A DNA stretch of 63,975 nucleotides, counting the filler, from Klebsormidium nitens (Eukaryota; Plantae; Klebsormidiophyceae): NCBI GenBank assembly GCA_000708835.1. It is 6 parts of 6 records of this genome, joined end to end, with 100 filler letters (N's around TTAATTAATTAA, not from the genome) between each part and the next. Parts side by side here need not be neighbours in the genome. Positions count along the whole stretch, not along the records: positions 17,261 to 48,629 come from DF237760.1; 5 more parts are not named here. One strand, 5' to 3'. A program made the position numbers and the translations under genes. Shown here one piece after another: positions 24,501 to 36,518 of this stretch (positions are counted from its first letter, which is position 1; each line of letters begins with the position of its first letter). A model generated the notes under the pieces. That model saw nothing but the letters and a program-made list of their open reading frames with translations, had not been told where the DNA came from and searched no databases.

Positions 24501-27500
24501 AAACCACTTCGATCGACGGTGAATGTTGGTGATATTGTTCAACCCAGTCCGTCAATCCCGGGGGGGTATTGCTGAATAGGGTCTCTTTCTCGAGAGCTTC
24601 TTTTCTCCCTCCTCTTGTTCTCTCAGGCCCCAGAAGATTCAGTTTTCAGAGTCCTCTGAACCCCTAACTTCCTTGATGTTGAAAACAAAAGATCATAGGC
24701 CAACGCAAAGATTGGCAGATGGGGGCGTCGTCACCTGAGGTTTGTTGGCACACATAAAACGACACCTTTCTTGCGCCAGAATTTTTGCAAGGACTACCAC
24801 AACCATTCTCTCCCGTGTTGAACGTCCGAATGATAAAAAAGTGACGTACCTGCGCCCATTTTGCTGAGTGCACGGCGGTCAGGTAGATTCTTCCCTCCAA
24901 GCCCCGCACGAACTCCGCCACGAACCCCACGAGGCGGTGCCCGTGCGCCTTCTCGACGTAAGTGATCAATGAGCTGGCGGCTGCATACGTCAAGGTGGCG
25001 TCAGATAGGCGTTCTCGAAAGCGATTAAACCCCGCTCTTTAGAGGGGCCGCAAGTTGTAGGATGGTCATATCGAAACGCCTCTCGAGGACAGCACGCGTA
25101 TCATCAGCTTTCCTGCTATATCGAATCTCATCAGCTCGTGCGGGACAAACCTTTTCCAAAAACGGCTTTGCCAATTCATCTGGACTTTTGGTGTTCGCAG
25201 CTAGCAAACCACGTGCCGCTTGACCAACGTGGCGATATGAAAGGCCCTTGATCGAGCTCCACATAAGCTGCTTGCGCTTCCTCTCACCTCTTCGGACGTC
25301 CGTCTTGATACGGACGTCCTGCAACGGCCTGCTCTCCTCCGCGTCTTTCTCGTCGCCCCTAGTTCCTCTTGACCGCGCGCTCAGCGCGCCCTCGTTGGCA
25401 CTCCCAAGGTAACGCCGGCTGTACAACCTGACTGTGGCGTTACATCGAAGACCGTCCCCTTCTTGGACGCATGTCGCGACGAACCTCTGGTCCAGAGATG
25501 GCGGGACGTAGACCTGGAGACGATTGCACAGGTTGAGAGACCGGAATCCCCATACAAAATCGAATGGGGAAGAACAGAACATTGAAAAAAAGTTCTCGCT
25601 TCTTTCCAGGATGTGCGTCGAAGAATGTGAGTGTGAATCTTTGAAGCGACCGCAGTTGTTTGCAGTGACTTTTTCTCGAACACCTTGTTCTCGGAAGTTT
25701 GGAAGGTGGTTTTCGCACGGAAGCAAGACTTGTCTCAACTGGGTCACTGAAAGCAAAGCCTAACCAAGCCTGTACATCACAAATTGAGTGACTCGAACAG
25801 CCTGCAGTTTTCCTCGGCCTAATGTACATGTCTACTGCGCTCCTCTCAAGCTCTCCCAAAGCGCTTTTCTTTTCAGCTTACCTGCAAACAATGCGGACAG
25901 CACAACCCCCCGAAAGCTCCCGGCCCCAACGGCTGCTCCGCTGTGGCCGCTTTCCGCCGGACCTTTCCGTTTCCGTACACCCTCGGACTCCGGACGCCTT
26001 GTTCGGATGGAGAAGGGTCCGAAAGCGAGCACAAGAGCTCGTCCAAATCGTCCTTTCTAAGCAGCTGCGAGATCTCCTGGTCGCCGGGGCCAAGGGATCG
26101 GGCGACGGCGATCCACCCCTCGGGATTGCAGGCGTCCTGAACCAAAGGAGAATCTGAATTGAGCAAGTAGGGTTGGTCGCGTGTTTAGAGGTAGTCAAAC
26201 GTCTATGGTCAGCATTAGCTGGATCGTCGGGGTTTGGAAAGCGAAGCTAATGCATTTCAGACGTCACGCTGCAGCAGGGACCTAAGATTGTACCTCTAAG
26301 CTGTTCGACGGTCACTTTACAAGGAAAGTCTTCTTCCGCAGCGGGCCCACTCAAAACACGTCTTAGGCGTTTTTGAACCTACTAAGTTAGCTCTCCTGAA
26401 TCTGCTAATGTAGCAACTTTACCCGCAGTAGCTGTCCGGATGCAAGCCTTCTATCCAACTGCCGTCTGCGCATGGCAAAGTTGCTCTGTCTTCCATTCCT
26501 GTAATCAACAGTTCCCTTGCATATTGGAGCTTGCTCTTCTTCGTGCTGGTAACGTCTAGCGCTGCAGACCCATAGAAAGAAGGATAGAAACAAAGTGGCT
26601 ACTTAGGTGAGAGCAACTTATAACCACGTACCTCCGTGAACTTCTCCTCGCATCGCTTCCGAAACGCCTCCCTGGTAGCCTTTGAAGTGGCCACTCGGTT
26701 AACGTACCCATCGTCCGAGGTTTGGTACCTGCCGGCCAATCAGCAAGCGTCATGACCTGAGTCGTAAATCTGCTACACTAGGTCCAGTTATCCTGGTGAC
26801 TGCTAGAGAGATGCAAACGGAGTCTCGTTAACGGCATGCTCGAATGCCGAAGCCGTGTTTCGTGACTAGATGGTATTGTCAGAAAAGAAATTCGTGGTGT
26901 GGACCATTAGCTGTGGTTTCACCAGCGAAGTGAAGATGCGCTCTGATGAACTCACAACGCATTGGTGAGCCTCTGTTCGTATGAAGCTGAATATAGACTG
27001 AATCGAGTCTTGCATCCTGCTCAATGTTGACCGCAAAGCGGACGGCTTCGGCTTGATAGCCGAACAGTGTCTGGCAGCATCTTTCGTAAAGCGACACAGC
27101 TTCTTTTTCAACTCTGAGCAATGTAAGCACGCAAGAGGGTTGTATAAGGGAGCTCAAATGAAGAAAAGAGTCGAAGGAGCAGGGTTCGTTTACCAGACGG
27201 TTAGGCAGCCCTGGTCGATGATCAGCGTGTCAGGAATGTTGAGCCGCAGTTTCAAGCCCCTGTCCTGCACAGCACACACCAGCACAGCCTTTCAGACTCT
27301 GTGCTGCTTTGCAATTTTAAATGGTTGAACAGCTTGCATGAGCTGAGTGCCTCTCAGTTCAAACGCCTTCTCTCAGTAATTGCTCCATTGCCTGATTGAC
27401 AGCATGAACGCTAGCTGCACATGCAGGTTATGCTTTCTCACGTCAGAACGTTGAACTGCTCTTTATGAAACATCTACCACCACGTACGTCAGCTAGCACT

Positions 27501-29601
27501 CTCCAGTCGAAGTTTTCGTGAGCAGATTGTTGTGGTAATAAAACAGAAGACTTGAAGATACACAGAGGCTCAATTGGGATGAGCAATGTGCTTCAGATGA
27601 GCGGTGTGCTTCGGAAGGGAGTAAAGAAGGACCGTAAGAAGTGGAGAAAAGTGCTGATTGATCCTAACGCTACAATGCTGTCAAAAACGGACACAGTACG
27701 AGCTTGCTTTCAGAATAAACGAAAGCAAGCCGGAGTCCTTCCAGCATGAGCTCTGCTGTGTTGCACATTCTGCAAGATGACATAAACCCTTTTACTCTCA
27801 TACTGGTTGAGCTGAAACAGGTATGTACTTGTTGCGTCTTGCCAATATGATCAAAGTGGAGCCTCTTTGCCTATGTAATACTCGCCGTCTCCTGCTCTTA
27901 ATGAACAAGGAACACCCCCGGCTGTGTTGCAAATCTTTGACAAGCAACTCACAGCAAGCATTTACTGCATGCTAGAACTCAACTGCTTGCTTTACAGCCC
28001 GATCCCCAAACCTTACACTTCCAACAACGGCAGATCTCAAAGATATTCATCAATGAGGTGCCATCATGAAGCTTTAGGCACAGGAAATGCTCGTTCCGCT
28101 GAGTCAAAACAATTTTGGCTGGCTTCAAAACTGGGACGTACTCTGACTCTAAGCCACCGCATGCAAGCCCTCTTATCAAACCCTTTCTTCAACGCGGTTT
28201 AGCCTCAGCTTACATCTACCGTCAAGCGTCAGCAGCAGAGTTCTGCCGTTAGCAAAAACCTGAAGTTGAACAAAACCCTCTCAATGTGTAGATCAAGTAT
28301 GTTCTGGAGCTGAGCATGTATTGAGATGCTCGTTATAGACGGGGGTGACTTACGCTTACAAAGAGGCGGAAGAGATCAGACCACCAGCCCGCTACAATGT
28401 GGCTGTGACCAGGTCCGATTGGACTGTCGGACACATCCATTGTAACCCGGCATGCCTGCCCAGGGTGTCAATCGTCTTACATGCACTTCCGCCGCATTTT
28501 GGCCCTCATCTATGGTGGACTTCTTGAGCATCACGTCTTTGCCTACCCTGCTTTGCCATTCTTCAGACGGATCAGGCCGGTCCAACACACAGCAAGGCTA
28601 CGCCTGACCCCTCCTGCTCAAGAAGGCGAAAGGTCCCTTGGGGCAGCTTCCAAATGCTCTCACGCATGAGTGCTAGTATTGGAAGGAGACTCCACATCTA
28701 CAGAAAGCCCATTCTGACCTTTCTAGCACTCTCTCTATTCTCTGATACCTTGACATCCCGTAAAGTGCACACGCATGGTGTTGCCATCGGCCAGGCATCC
28801 AATGGGGTTTGCCGGTTTGCAGCCACGTCTGCTGTGAATGGGGATCGTGGTGGCGCGTGCACGGGTGACAGCCTGATTGCGCCCTGCGGTAAAAGTCTTA
28901 TCATTTCTATTTCATTCGGAGTACACTGTACATAGCAACCAGAGGAGAACCAGAGCGCCTCCAGAGCGTCATCAGGTCTGAATTTTGGACTCACCTATAA
29001 AGTCTGTGACATCAGCACCTACACCTGACTTCTGTGCATAATGGATCTCAATCGAGACGCAGAGCTGGTGCTCAGCTGGTGCAGCGGAGGAGTGCAGTGA
29101 AACTGCCGCACTGGCCAGCCTGGCCGGGCGGTACTTTGCAAGGTACTGTGCTGGATCCTGCACGTACTGCGACTGTGCTAACGAATGACGTGGCCCGATG
29201 AACCCACAACTCGAAAGTGGAGCAAACTGGTCCTTCATGTGTATGAGCTGCTCCAGTAGGTAGTACAGCCTGGCAACGTACTTGAAGGGTCTCATGAATG
29301 CACCCTTTAGCTTGTTTAGGTAGAAGCAGATGACATCAGCAGCAGATTGAGAGAAACAGGCTATTGAACCGCAAACTGGAATGCAAAACAGACGGCGCAA
29401 GAAAGGCAGAACCTGCCGTCGGATCCGTGACAATCGTATCGTGGCTGTTGGTATTCCAGACGTCGATTTTCAATGCTACCTTTGTCTGCCGTCCAAGACC
29501 GTCGGTCCAACATCCGGCCGGCCGAAATCTATCTTGTCGTTTCTGCGCTTTTCAAGCTCCTGACGTAAAGCCACGTGGCTATACTGAAGCTCCCGCGCCA
29601 T
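18595..29601 (-). CDS. Very large multi-exon coiled-coil protein with a C-terminal p25alpha/TPPP-like (EF-hand-like) domain; may be two genes
   Basis: First exon 29601-29480 (MARELQYSHVALRQELEKRR...). Coding blocks at about 29300-29030, 28990-28720, 27110-26880, 26560-26420, 26140-25886, 25520-25030, 24990-24850, 24420-24060, 23740-23530, 23152-23077, 22588-22400 (heptad-rich) and 21440-21140. Phase-consistent terminal exons 20618-20471, 19949-19882 and 19525-19379 give LKEIYAFYCMLG...SMTLLQFGKLVRDIGLL...AACDAIFAKV...LTYMEFLEALVRLAAFRY. The 3' end is uncertain. Confidence 0.65.
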
Positions 29602-30134
29602 CTAAGCCGTCCAACCATTCTGGTTGACCTTTCCCTTTTGACTTTCCGTGCACACCGGTTGCGCGACTTCTTGGAAATTCACTCAAAGGCCGTGACAGGT
29701 GGACAAGGTGCATTCTTATGCGACGATCTTTGCAGTGCTCAGATGTTTGCAGTGCTCAGATGTTTGTTGAAGATCGACAAGGCCAGACGCGCTTTCTTGA
29801 AATTCTTCTTCCAGTGCTTCTGGATGTGGTCTTCTTGCTTGATATGAGAATCAAAAACGGCACAAAGGAGGCATCTTGCAAGTTCTCTGAAGGCGGCACA
29901 ACGCTGTTTACAAAAGAGATTTAGGCAGGCTTGTTCTACCTACTTTTCAAACCACTTTACAAGTCTGGGAGCGCTTATTTGTTGCTGTCCTTGGCGCTGC
30001 ATCACTCCACCCTTTTTGTTTCTTTGAAGTTGTGCCCCTGCGGCTGTAGTGAAAGACAGGCGTTGCGCAAGCCCCTGTTGAGGAAAAATAGGAGTAGGAG
30101 ACCGTCAAATGTGGAGTAGCCTCGCAAAGCAAAG
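29602..30134. promoter_or_regulatory. Putative bidirectional promoter / 5' UTR region
   Basis: About 530 bp between two divergent start codons (29601 minus, 30135 plus). Contains a tandem 17-bp duplication, TTTGCAGTGCTCAGATG x2 (29729-29762). Confidence 0.5.
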
Positions 30135-33100
30135 ATGGCTTTCTGTCAAGCTTCCATTGCGTCTGGACTTGCACTTTTCCTGAACCCAAAATCGCTCAGG
30201 CCGTCAATTTGCCGTCCCCTGCCACTACAGTCCACTATATTACCAAAGCATGAGATCTTACCCCCTCAAAGATCGTCACTTCCACTGGTTGGAAAACACT
30301 CTCACCATGGGGTCATTAGAGCAGTGTCTGAACGTTCCAGTCTTGACACTGTCAAATACCCTTTGAACCAAAGGCGACCAGGCAGAGTGAGCAGCGACCC
30401 CATTGCAAAGGCGTTGGAGGTGGTTGCTTCTGGTAGGAGAGGGAGCGGCCTCTCTGACCGGCACAGCAGCGCAAGAGTATCCAAACGAGGCTCCTTTGTG
30501 CTGTCTCGCCTGTATGAAGCCCAAGGCATGCTTTTGGGAGGCCGGTCGAAGGGGAGGGGCTCTGCGAGGTGGAAGACAAGGAAGGGCAAAGTGCAGGCAG
30601 GGAGTGTCTTGGAGGCAAAGAGCTCAAAGACTGCCGGTTTGCAAGGGGTGGACTCGCCATACCTGGCGTTGGACTCTGAGGGGCACCGGTGGACGGCGCC
30701 ACTGAATCTGAAGGAGCCCCCAACTCTAGTTCAGTACATGAAGCAGATTGTGGCTCAGGGGCAGGCGGCACAAGGAGAGACAATCCTCCCAACTAAAATG
30801 GAGGGCCTGATGGGAAGTGTGACTGGCCTGAGCATCGAGCAGCTTTTGACTGATGAGTCTGTCTTCACCCGCGAGCTGAGGTATGCCCCTTGCTTAACTT
30901 TCCGTAGTATCTTTCGCTGTGATCACGTGCTACCTATCTCAGCGAATTGCACGAGCTCTACAAGGCTGCAGACATAGAACAAAGGCAGCACTGAGCTGAG
31001 GGGAAAGTACTGACGGGTTGGTTCTGTCACCTTCTGAGTGATGGGATTTAATGAGCTATTGATTGTTTAGAATGCTTTTTATCATGATGACTAATCGATC
31101 TGAGGAGTTCAGTTTACCTGTACTTATCGAGATAACTTTTTGATTGTCAAGGACACCGCTTCTTTCAGCTCAACTCTCAAGGACATATGCATATGAGGCA
31201 ATTGCGTTTATACTGCAGTTGGCTGTTTTTGAACTGGAGAGTACTCCATGTCGCCATGGACCAGAGAACCCCACTCCACGAGCGCCTCCGCTTTCTTGGA
31301 ATTGCGGCCGCCAGCCTCGATGAGTTCTTTGAGTGCCGAGTTGCCAGCTTGAAGTGGAAGGAAGCGGTCTCTCAAGACGCCAGCGCAAAGCAGGGAACCA
31401 GAGGATGTTGCTCACTGCAAGAACGCCTGAAGAACATCTCTTTGTAAGTCATCAAGGAGTTCAGGTTACGATTGTGCCGAAATGTGGTTTTGAACATCCT
31501 TGACGCATTCTTGTATCTGGTTTTGGTGTTGTCGATTACGAAGAAACAAGATGATGTCCCTTGTGAAGACGTTTTGTTCGATAAAATAAGAACTCTCTTC
31601 AGTCAGCCATGTTCCCTTATCCAACGAATTGCCACTGCCTTTGACAAGGTCAACATAAACAGCTGCCCCAAGACCTGTGTTGTGAAACCACTTGCAGCTG
31701 CAAGTGGCGTCTTTTACGTCCACCTATGACATGTTGCCACTCGATTAGGCATACGACAATGCTGTTTTGGTTGAAAGATCGTTCTATTTCCATAGAACTA
31801 ACGAAGGGCGTTCGTTTATGCAGGGCGGTTCATGACATCCTCTCTGCTCAGTCCACCGCCCTCCGCGGCAGCATCCTTCCCGAGCTCCAAAAGCACGGCG
31901 TCTCCATCGCCTCTCATAGCCAGCTCACCAATCCCCAGCAAGACAACCTCCGTGACTACTTCACACAGGAGCTGGAACCCCTTCTCACCCCCCTCGCAGT
32001 CGATCCAGGCCACCCTTTCCCGTTCATCAAGCACTTGTCCCTCAACATAGCAGTCCTCCTGCGCGACCCGATCGACGACGCGCACCAGTTTGCAATAGTA
32101 ACCGTCCCCTCCAACCTCCCCCGGTGGAAAGCGCTTCCAGGGGGGGCCAGCGCAGACTCACCACAGGCTGGGGCGGTCATCCCCCTGGAAGAGATCGTCG
32201 TGTCCAACCTTGACCGGCTGTTTGGCGGGATGGAGATTCTGTCGGCGCACCCGTTCCGAGCCACCCGCACGATGCTGGTTTTGGACGATCTGAAGAAGGG
32301 GGAAGAGGACCACTGCGGCGCGGACGATCAAGGGGATCTGGCGGCGATCATCGCACAAGAGATGCACGAGCGCAAATTCAGCCCGTTCGTGCGACTCGAG
32401 GTGGACCGCAGCATGCCGCTCGAGATGGTGGCGCGGCTAGCCGGGGAGATGGACCTCGACCTGGAGCAGGTAAATGTTTTGTTCGTTTCATGCCACACCT
32501 TCCTCTTTGACTCTCACTTAGAAAACGCTGCAGCTTGAACTTTGCTGGCGTGCTCTCTTGTGAAAGTCCTAGCTTTGAGCTGGTTCAGTAGGGCGGTCGT
32601 CGCTGTAGGAATGTCGTGTTAATCTTTCTTTCTCCCTCCATCACTCTTAGAGAAGGTAGCTGCTCTGGGCCAGAAAGGGTACTGTGGTCACTGTTCCCAG
32701 ATTTAGCAAAGAGCTGGTGGAGCCGATTTGGGAAAACACTCTGATTCGCAAATCGAGCTGGATCCGTCTGTCTGAAAGTCACCTAATGACGTGTCACGGA
32801 CTCATTTGCCCTTTCAACCGGCAAGATGGACGCTCTTACGCTGCCAAAACACACGCGGCCACAGAAGGTTTTTTGGGCAATTGTTTACTAGGCCACTATC
32901 GGCACTCGGTGCAGAATGTTGTGCTTCTCTCCCTATCACATTCCTACTAGTTTCTACGCTCAAGCAGCCCCTCCCTTTTTGACTCCAGGACGTCTACACC
33001 ACAGAGAGCCCTCTCGCTCTGTGCGACTTGCAATCTCTCCCCGCCCCCACCTCCTCCCCGGCCGCGCTCCACTTCCCCCCTTGGCAGCCAATCACCCACC

Positions 33101-36100
33101 CGCGCCTCGCTGACGTCAGCCGTTCGTCAGCGGCCATTTTCGACGAGATCCGCGGCGGGGGGGACATTCTCGTGAAGCACCCGTACCACAGCTTCGTGAC
33201 CAGCACGCAGGCGTTCTTCGAGGCGGCGGCGCGGGACCCCGCGGTCGTGGCAATCAAGGCGATCCTGTACAAGACGAGCGCCAACAGCCCCGTCGTGCAG
33301 GCGCTCGTGGCGGCCGCCGAGGCGGGAAAGCAGGTGGGTGCGACGCTTATGAAGCAGGGACCATTGCTAGTTCTCAGCAGCTGTGAAAGAATTTGGAGTT
33401 GCACCAGTGTCCGCTAACCGAGAGAACAAGCTGGGAAGGCTGGAAGGCGAGCTGGCTGACGTCATTTGCCTATGTTTGCCTCCGCATCAGCCTGCCATAC
33501 TGTTCACCGCGTTGCTTATATACCTCCTCCACGCAACAAGTCTGCTGGGGTGCCTATCATTGTTTCTTTGTTGGTCTTATTTGTGGTTGTGAAAGGCAGA
33601 AAGGTTTTCGAGTCTGTGAAGGAAGAGTTCCATTTGCATTCGGACATCTTTTCATCACACTCCACAGCTCCGTAAAGTCCTGGCACATGATGGATTCGAC
33701 CATTCTGTAGGTGACGGTTCTGGTCGAGCTGAAGGCCCGCTGCGAGGAGGCCCGCAACATCAACATCGCGGAAATGCTGGAAGACGCGGGCTGCAACGTG
33801 GCCTACGGTCTGGTCGGCCTCACGACGCACGCCAAAGCCAGCATGGTGGTCCGGCAAGAAGGGTCCGAGCACAACACGTACGTCCACGTGGGGACCGGGG
33901 ACTACAACGTCCGCCAGGCTGCGGCATACTCTGACGTCAGCCTCTTCAGGTTAGGACCCCGGTGGTAATGAGAGACAGGTAAACTTTTTCAAGTGTACAA
34001 CGCTTGTTATTGCATCTGTTTTTGAACCATGAATTGACCAGAACCTGATCTATCTTCCAACCAATAAGATAGATGCATTTGGCAAACTCCTCGGTCGACG
34101 CGCTCCTCAGCTCCATGTGTCAAACCCCGTCACCTCTGCCCGTAGCCGACACGTACTCCTCATGAGGTTCTAGTTTTTGACTTACTCAGAAACCGCTCCG
34201 TCTATAGAGCAGCCATTCTAAGCAAGCGACTTAGCTGTATGATCCGGCATTAACCAGCTCAGTTGTTTAACCCGGCAATAACAAGGTCCGTTATTTAACC
34301 GCATTTTCTCCCCGCTGCTGCAGCTGCGACCCGGAGCTGGGCCGCGACGTGTCCGACTTCTTCAAGTACCTGACAGGGTACCACCGCCAGAAGCGGTACC
34401 ACTCGCTGCTGATCGCGCCGCACAGCATGCACCAGCAGCTGATCCGCCTGTGCGACACCGAGATCGAGAATGCGCGCAAGGGCCTCCCGGCGGGGATCAC
34501 CATCAAGTGCAACGCGCTGGACGATCGGGTAAGGAGCTGAATCTAAAAGCAGGGAGACGGCGTCTCCTCACGTGGCTCTGCACACGCAGCCTGTGAGATG
34601 GTACTAGTGCGTGACCGTGTGCATTAGTGGGCGATTGCTAGAGCCAGAGCCTCAGCTAATACGTTTGCTTAGTAGGACCGGTTCTCCCGCCCTCTTCAAA
34701 GCCCTAATGGCAGATATGACGGACAGTCCAGTGGCCGCTGGGCGTTCTGCAGGCAGACGTCGGGTCTGCTTTGAAGGGGCCGCGTCTGGCAGGCTTGCCT
34801 GTTGCAACGTATAGTGGAGTTTGATGTTTCCGAAGAGATGGCGTCTGATTGGGCATTGATCGGGGCTAGTGTGGACGCGTTTATCGTTGTGAACTTCATG
34901 AAGGAAAAGAGATTCTCCTTACGGCGATGGAAGATTGCCAAAACGTTGTCGCTGAGCAAACCCTTCTTTTGCAGGTCCTGTGCGCGAGATTGTACGCAGC
35001 ATCGGCTGCTGGGGTGAAGGTCAACCTCATCGTGCAAGGCATCTGCCGGATCCGGCCCGGCGTTCCTGGAATCAGGTGACTGATTAGTTCACACCCAATA
35101 GGAAAAGCACAATCCATCTAGCCTGCAGTAGGGACGCGTATCTTCCGAGCTCTCAAAATACACGAGGTTCAACAGAGTCCTCACTGTGCTCGCTCGCCCT
35201 CTCGGCAATCTGGAACTTCTCTCAAGAAAGTTGACGCACTCTTGGTTGCTTGCGCGCATCTCGCTGGAGTTCGTTCTAGTTTCACACCCTTCCCGATCAC
35301 TTTACTTGCTTCGACCATCCGGCGCGTTGCGTGCATTTTGCTTGTTTTCGCGATCATTTTTCTTACATGGAACATCGTGGGACTCCCTGGAGCACAGTCG
35401 CGTGAAGCGTTGCGAGTTCTGGGGCGACCACGCTTGCGTTTGTTATCATTCCCAGTCGCGCACTTGCTATTTATAGTACTTGCTCCCCCCCTGCAGTGAA
35501 AATATTCGAGTTGTAAGCATCGTGGGCCGTTTCTTGGAGCACAGCCGCGTGATGCGCTTCGAGAACGGCGGCGACCCGCGATTCTACCTCTCCTCCGGGA
35601 ACTGCACCACCCGGGACCTCACGCGCCGCGTCGAGCTGGCGCTGCTCGTCAAGGACGACAAGTGCAAACAGGAGCTACAGGTACGGCTGTGAAAAGGCTC
35701 GGTATTTCTCTTTCTGATATATACCGTGTTTATGGTTATGAAGATATTAATCAGGACGGCAATTGCAGTCAGGAGCTGCAGGTACCGCCGCAAACAGTGT
35801 TCGTATCCGCAATCTTTTGTTAAGCCGTGCCTACAGTCTTGAAGATATTGTCGAAGGATGACAAGTGCGAACAAGGGCTGCACTTACGGCTTGGAAACGT
35901 TTCTGTATTTGTGCTTGTCCTTGTTGGCCGAGCTCATAGTCATCAAAGGTCGCGATGAAGATCTGCGAATGCTTTTGAATAATATCAGGAGCGTCTGGGG
36001 TCCCGCCTTGATGTCATTTCCGTCAGGTTCAAACGTGGCTAGTTAAAGTGCTTCGCTATGCTGGCTTTCGTCCATTCGGGGTTCTATCTCAAGTAGGCGG

Positions 36101-36518
36101 TCTTTCGACAACAGCAGTCTCTTCTTTCCCTCGGATACTAGATCCAAAGCCGTTGCCATCTTAACGGGCACCCTTTTGTCGCCGTTTTCAGATGCTTTAG
36201 TTCCGCAATTTCTTTCCTGTAAACGGCGTGTTCTCCATCAGCTTATCCGATGTGTATCGTCCGCAGGACGTTTTGGACCTCTGCTTGAGCGACCGCCGCA
36301 CCGCCTGGGAGATGCGCCCCGACGGTCTGTACAGTCTGCCCGCGCCTAGTAACGACACGACCGGTAGTCATGCAACCGGGACGAGAGACGCCCGCCTGGC
36401 CGCGATTGGGCTGCAAGCCGCGCTGATGGAGGACCTTCTGAAAGAGCGGGAAAAGGCCAGGAAAGTCGAGAAGTTGAAGATCAAGGCCACCGCGGGGGGC
36501 AAAAGGGATAGAGTTTAG
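30135..36518 (+). CDS. ppk1: Polyphosphate kinase 1 homolog (bacterial type), probable plastid transit peptide, divergent active site; 9 exons
   Basis: Phase-consistent exons: 30135-30880, 31219-31443, 31824-32469, 32989-33333, 33711-33949, 34324-34528, 34975-35075, 35497-35680, 36267-36518. Motifs: [26 protein letters not shown]...[65 protein letters not shown]. Confidence 0.93.

Noticed and set aside
30135-36518. PPK1 as bacterial contamination
   Set aside because: Eight canonical GT-AG introns with consistent phase, a transit-peptide-like leader, and contiguity with plant-type genes.
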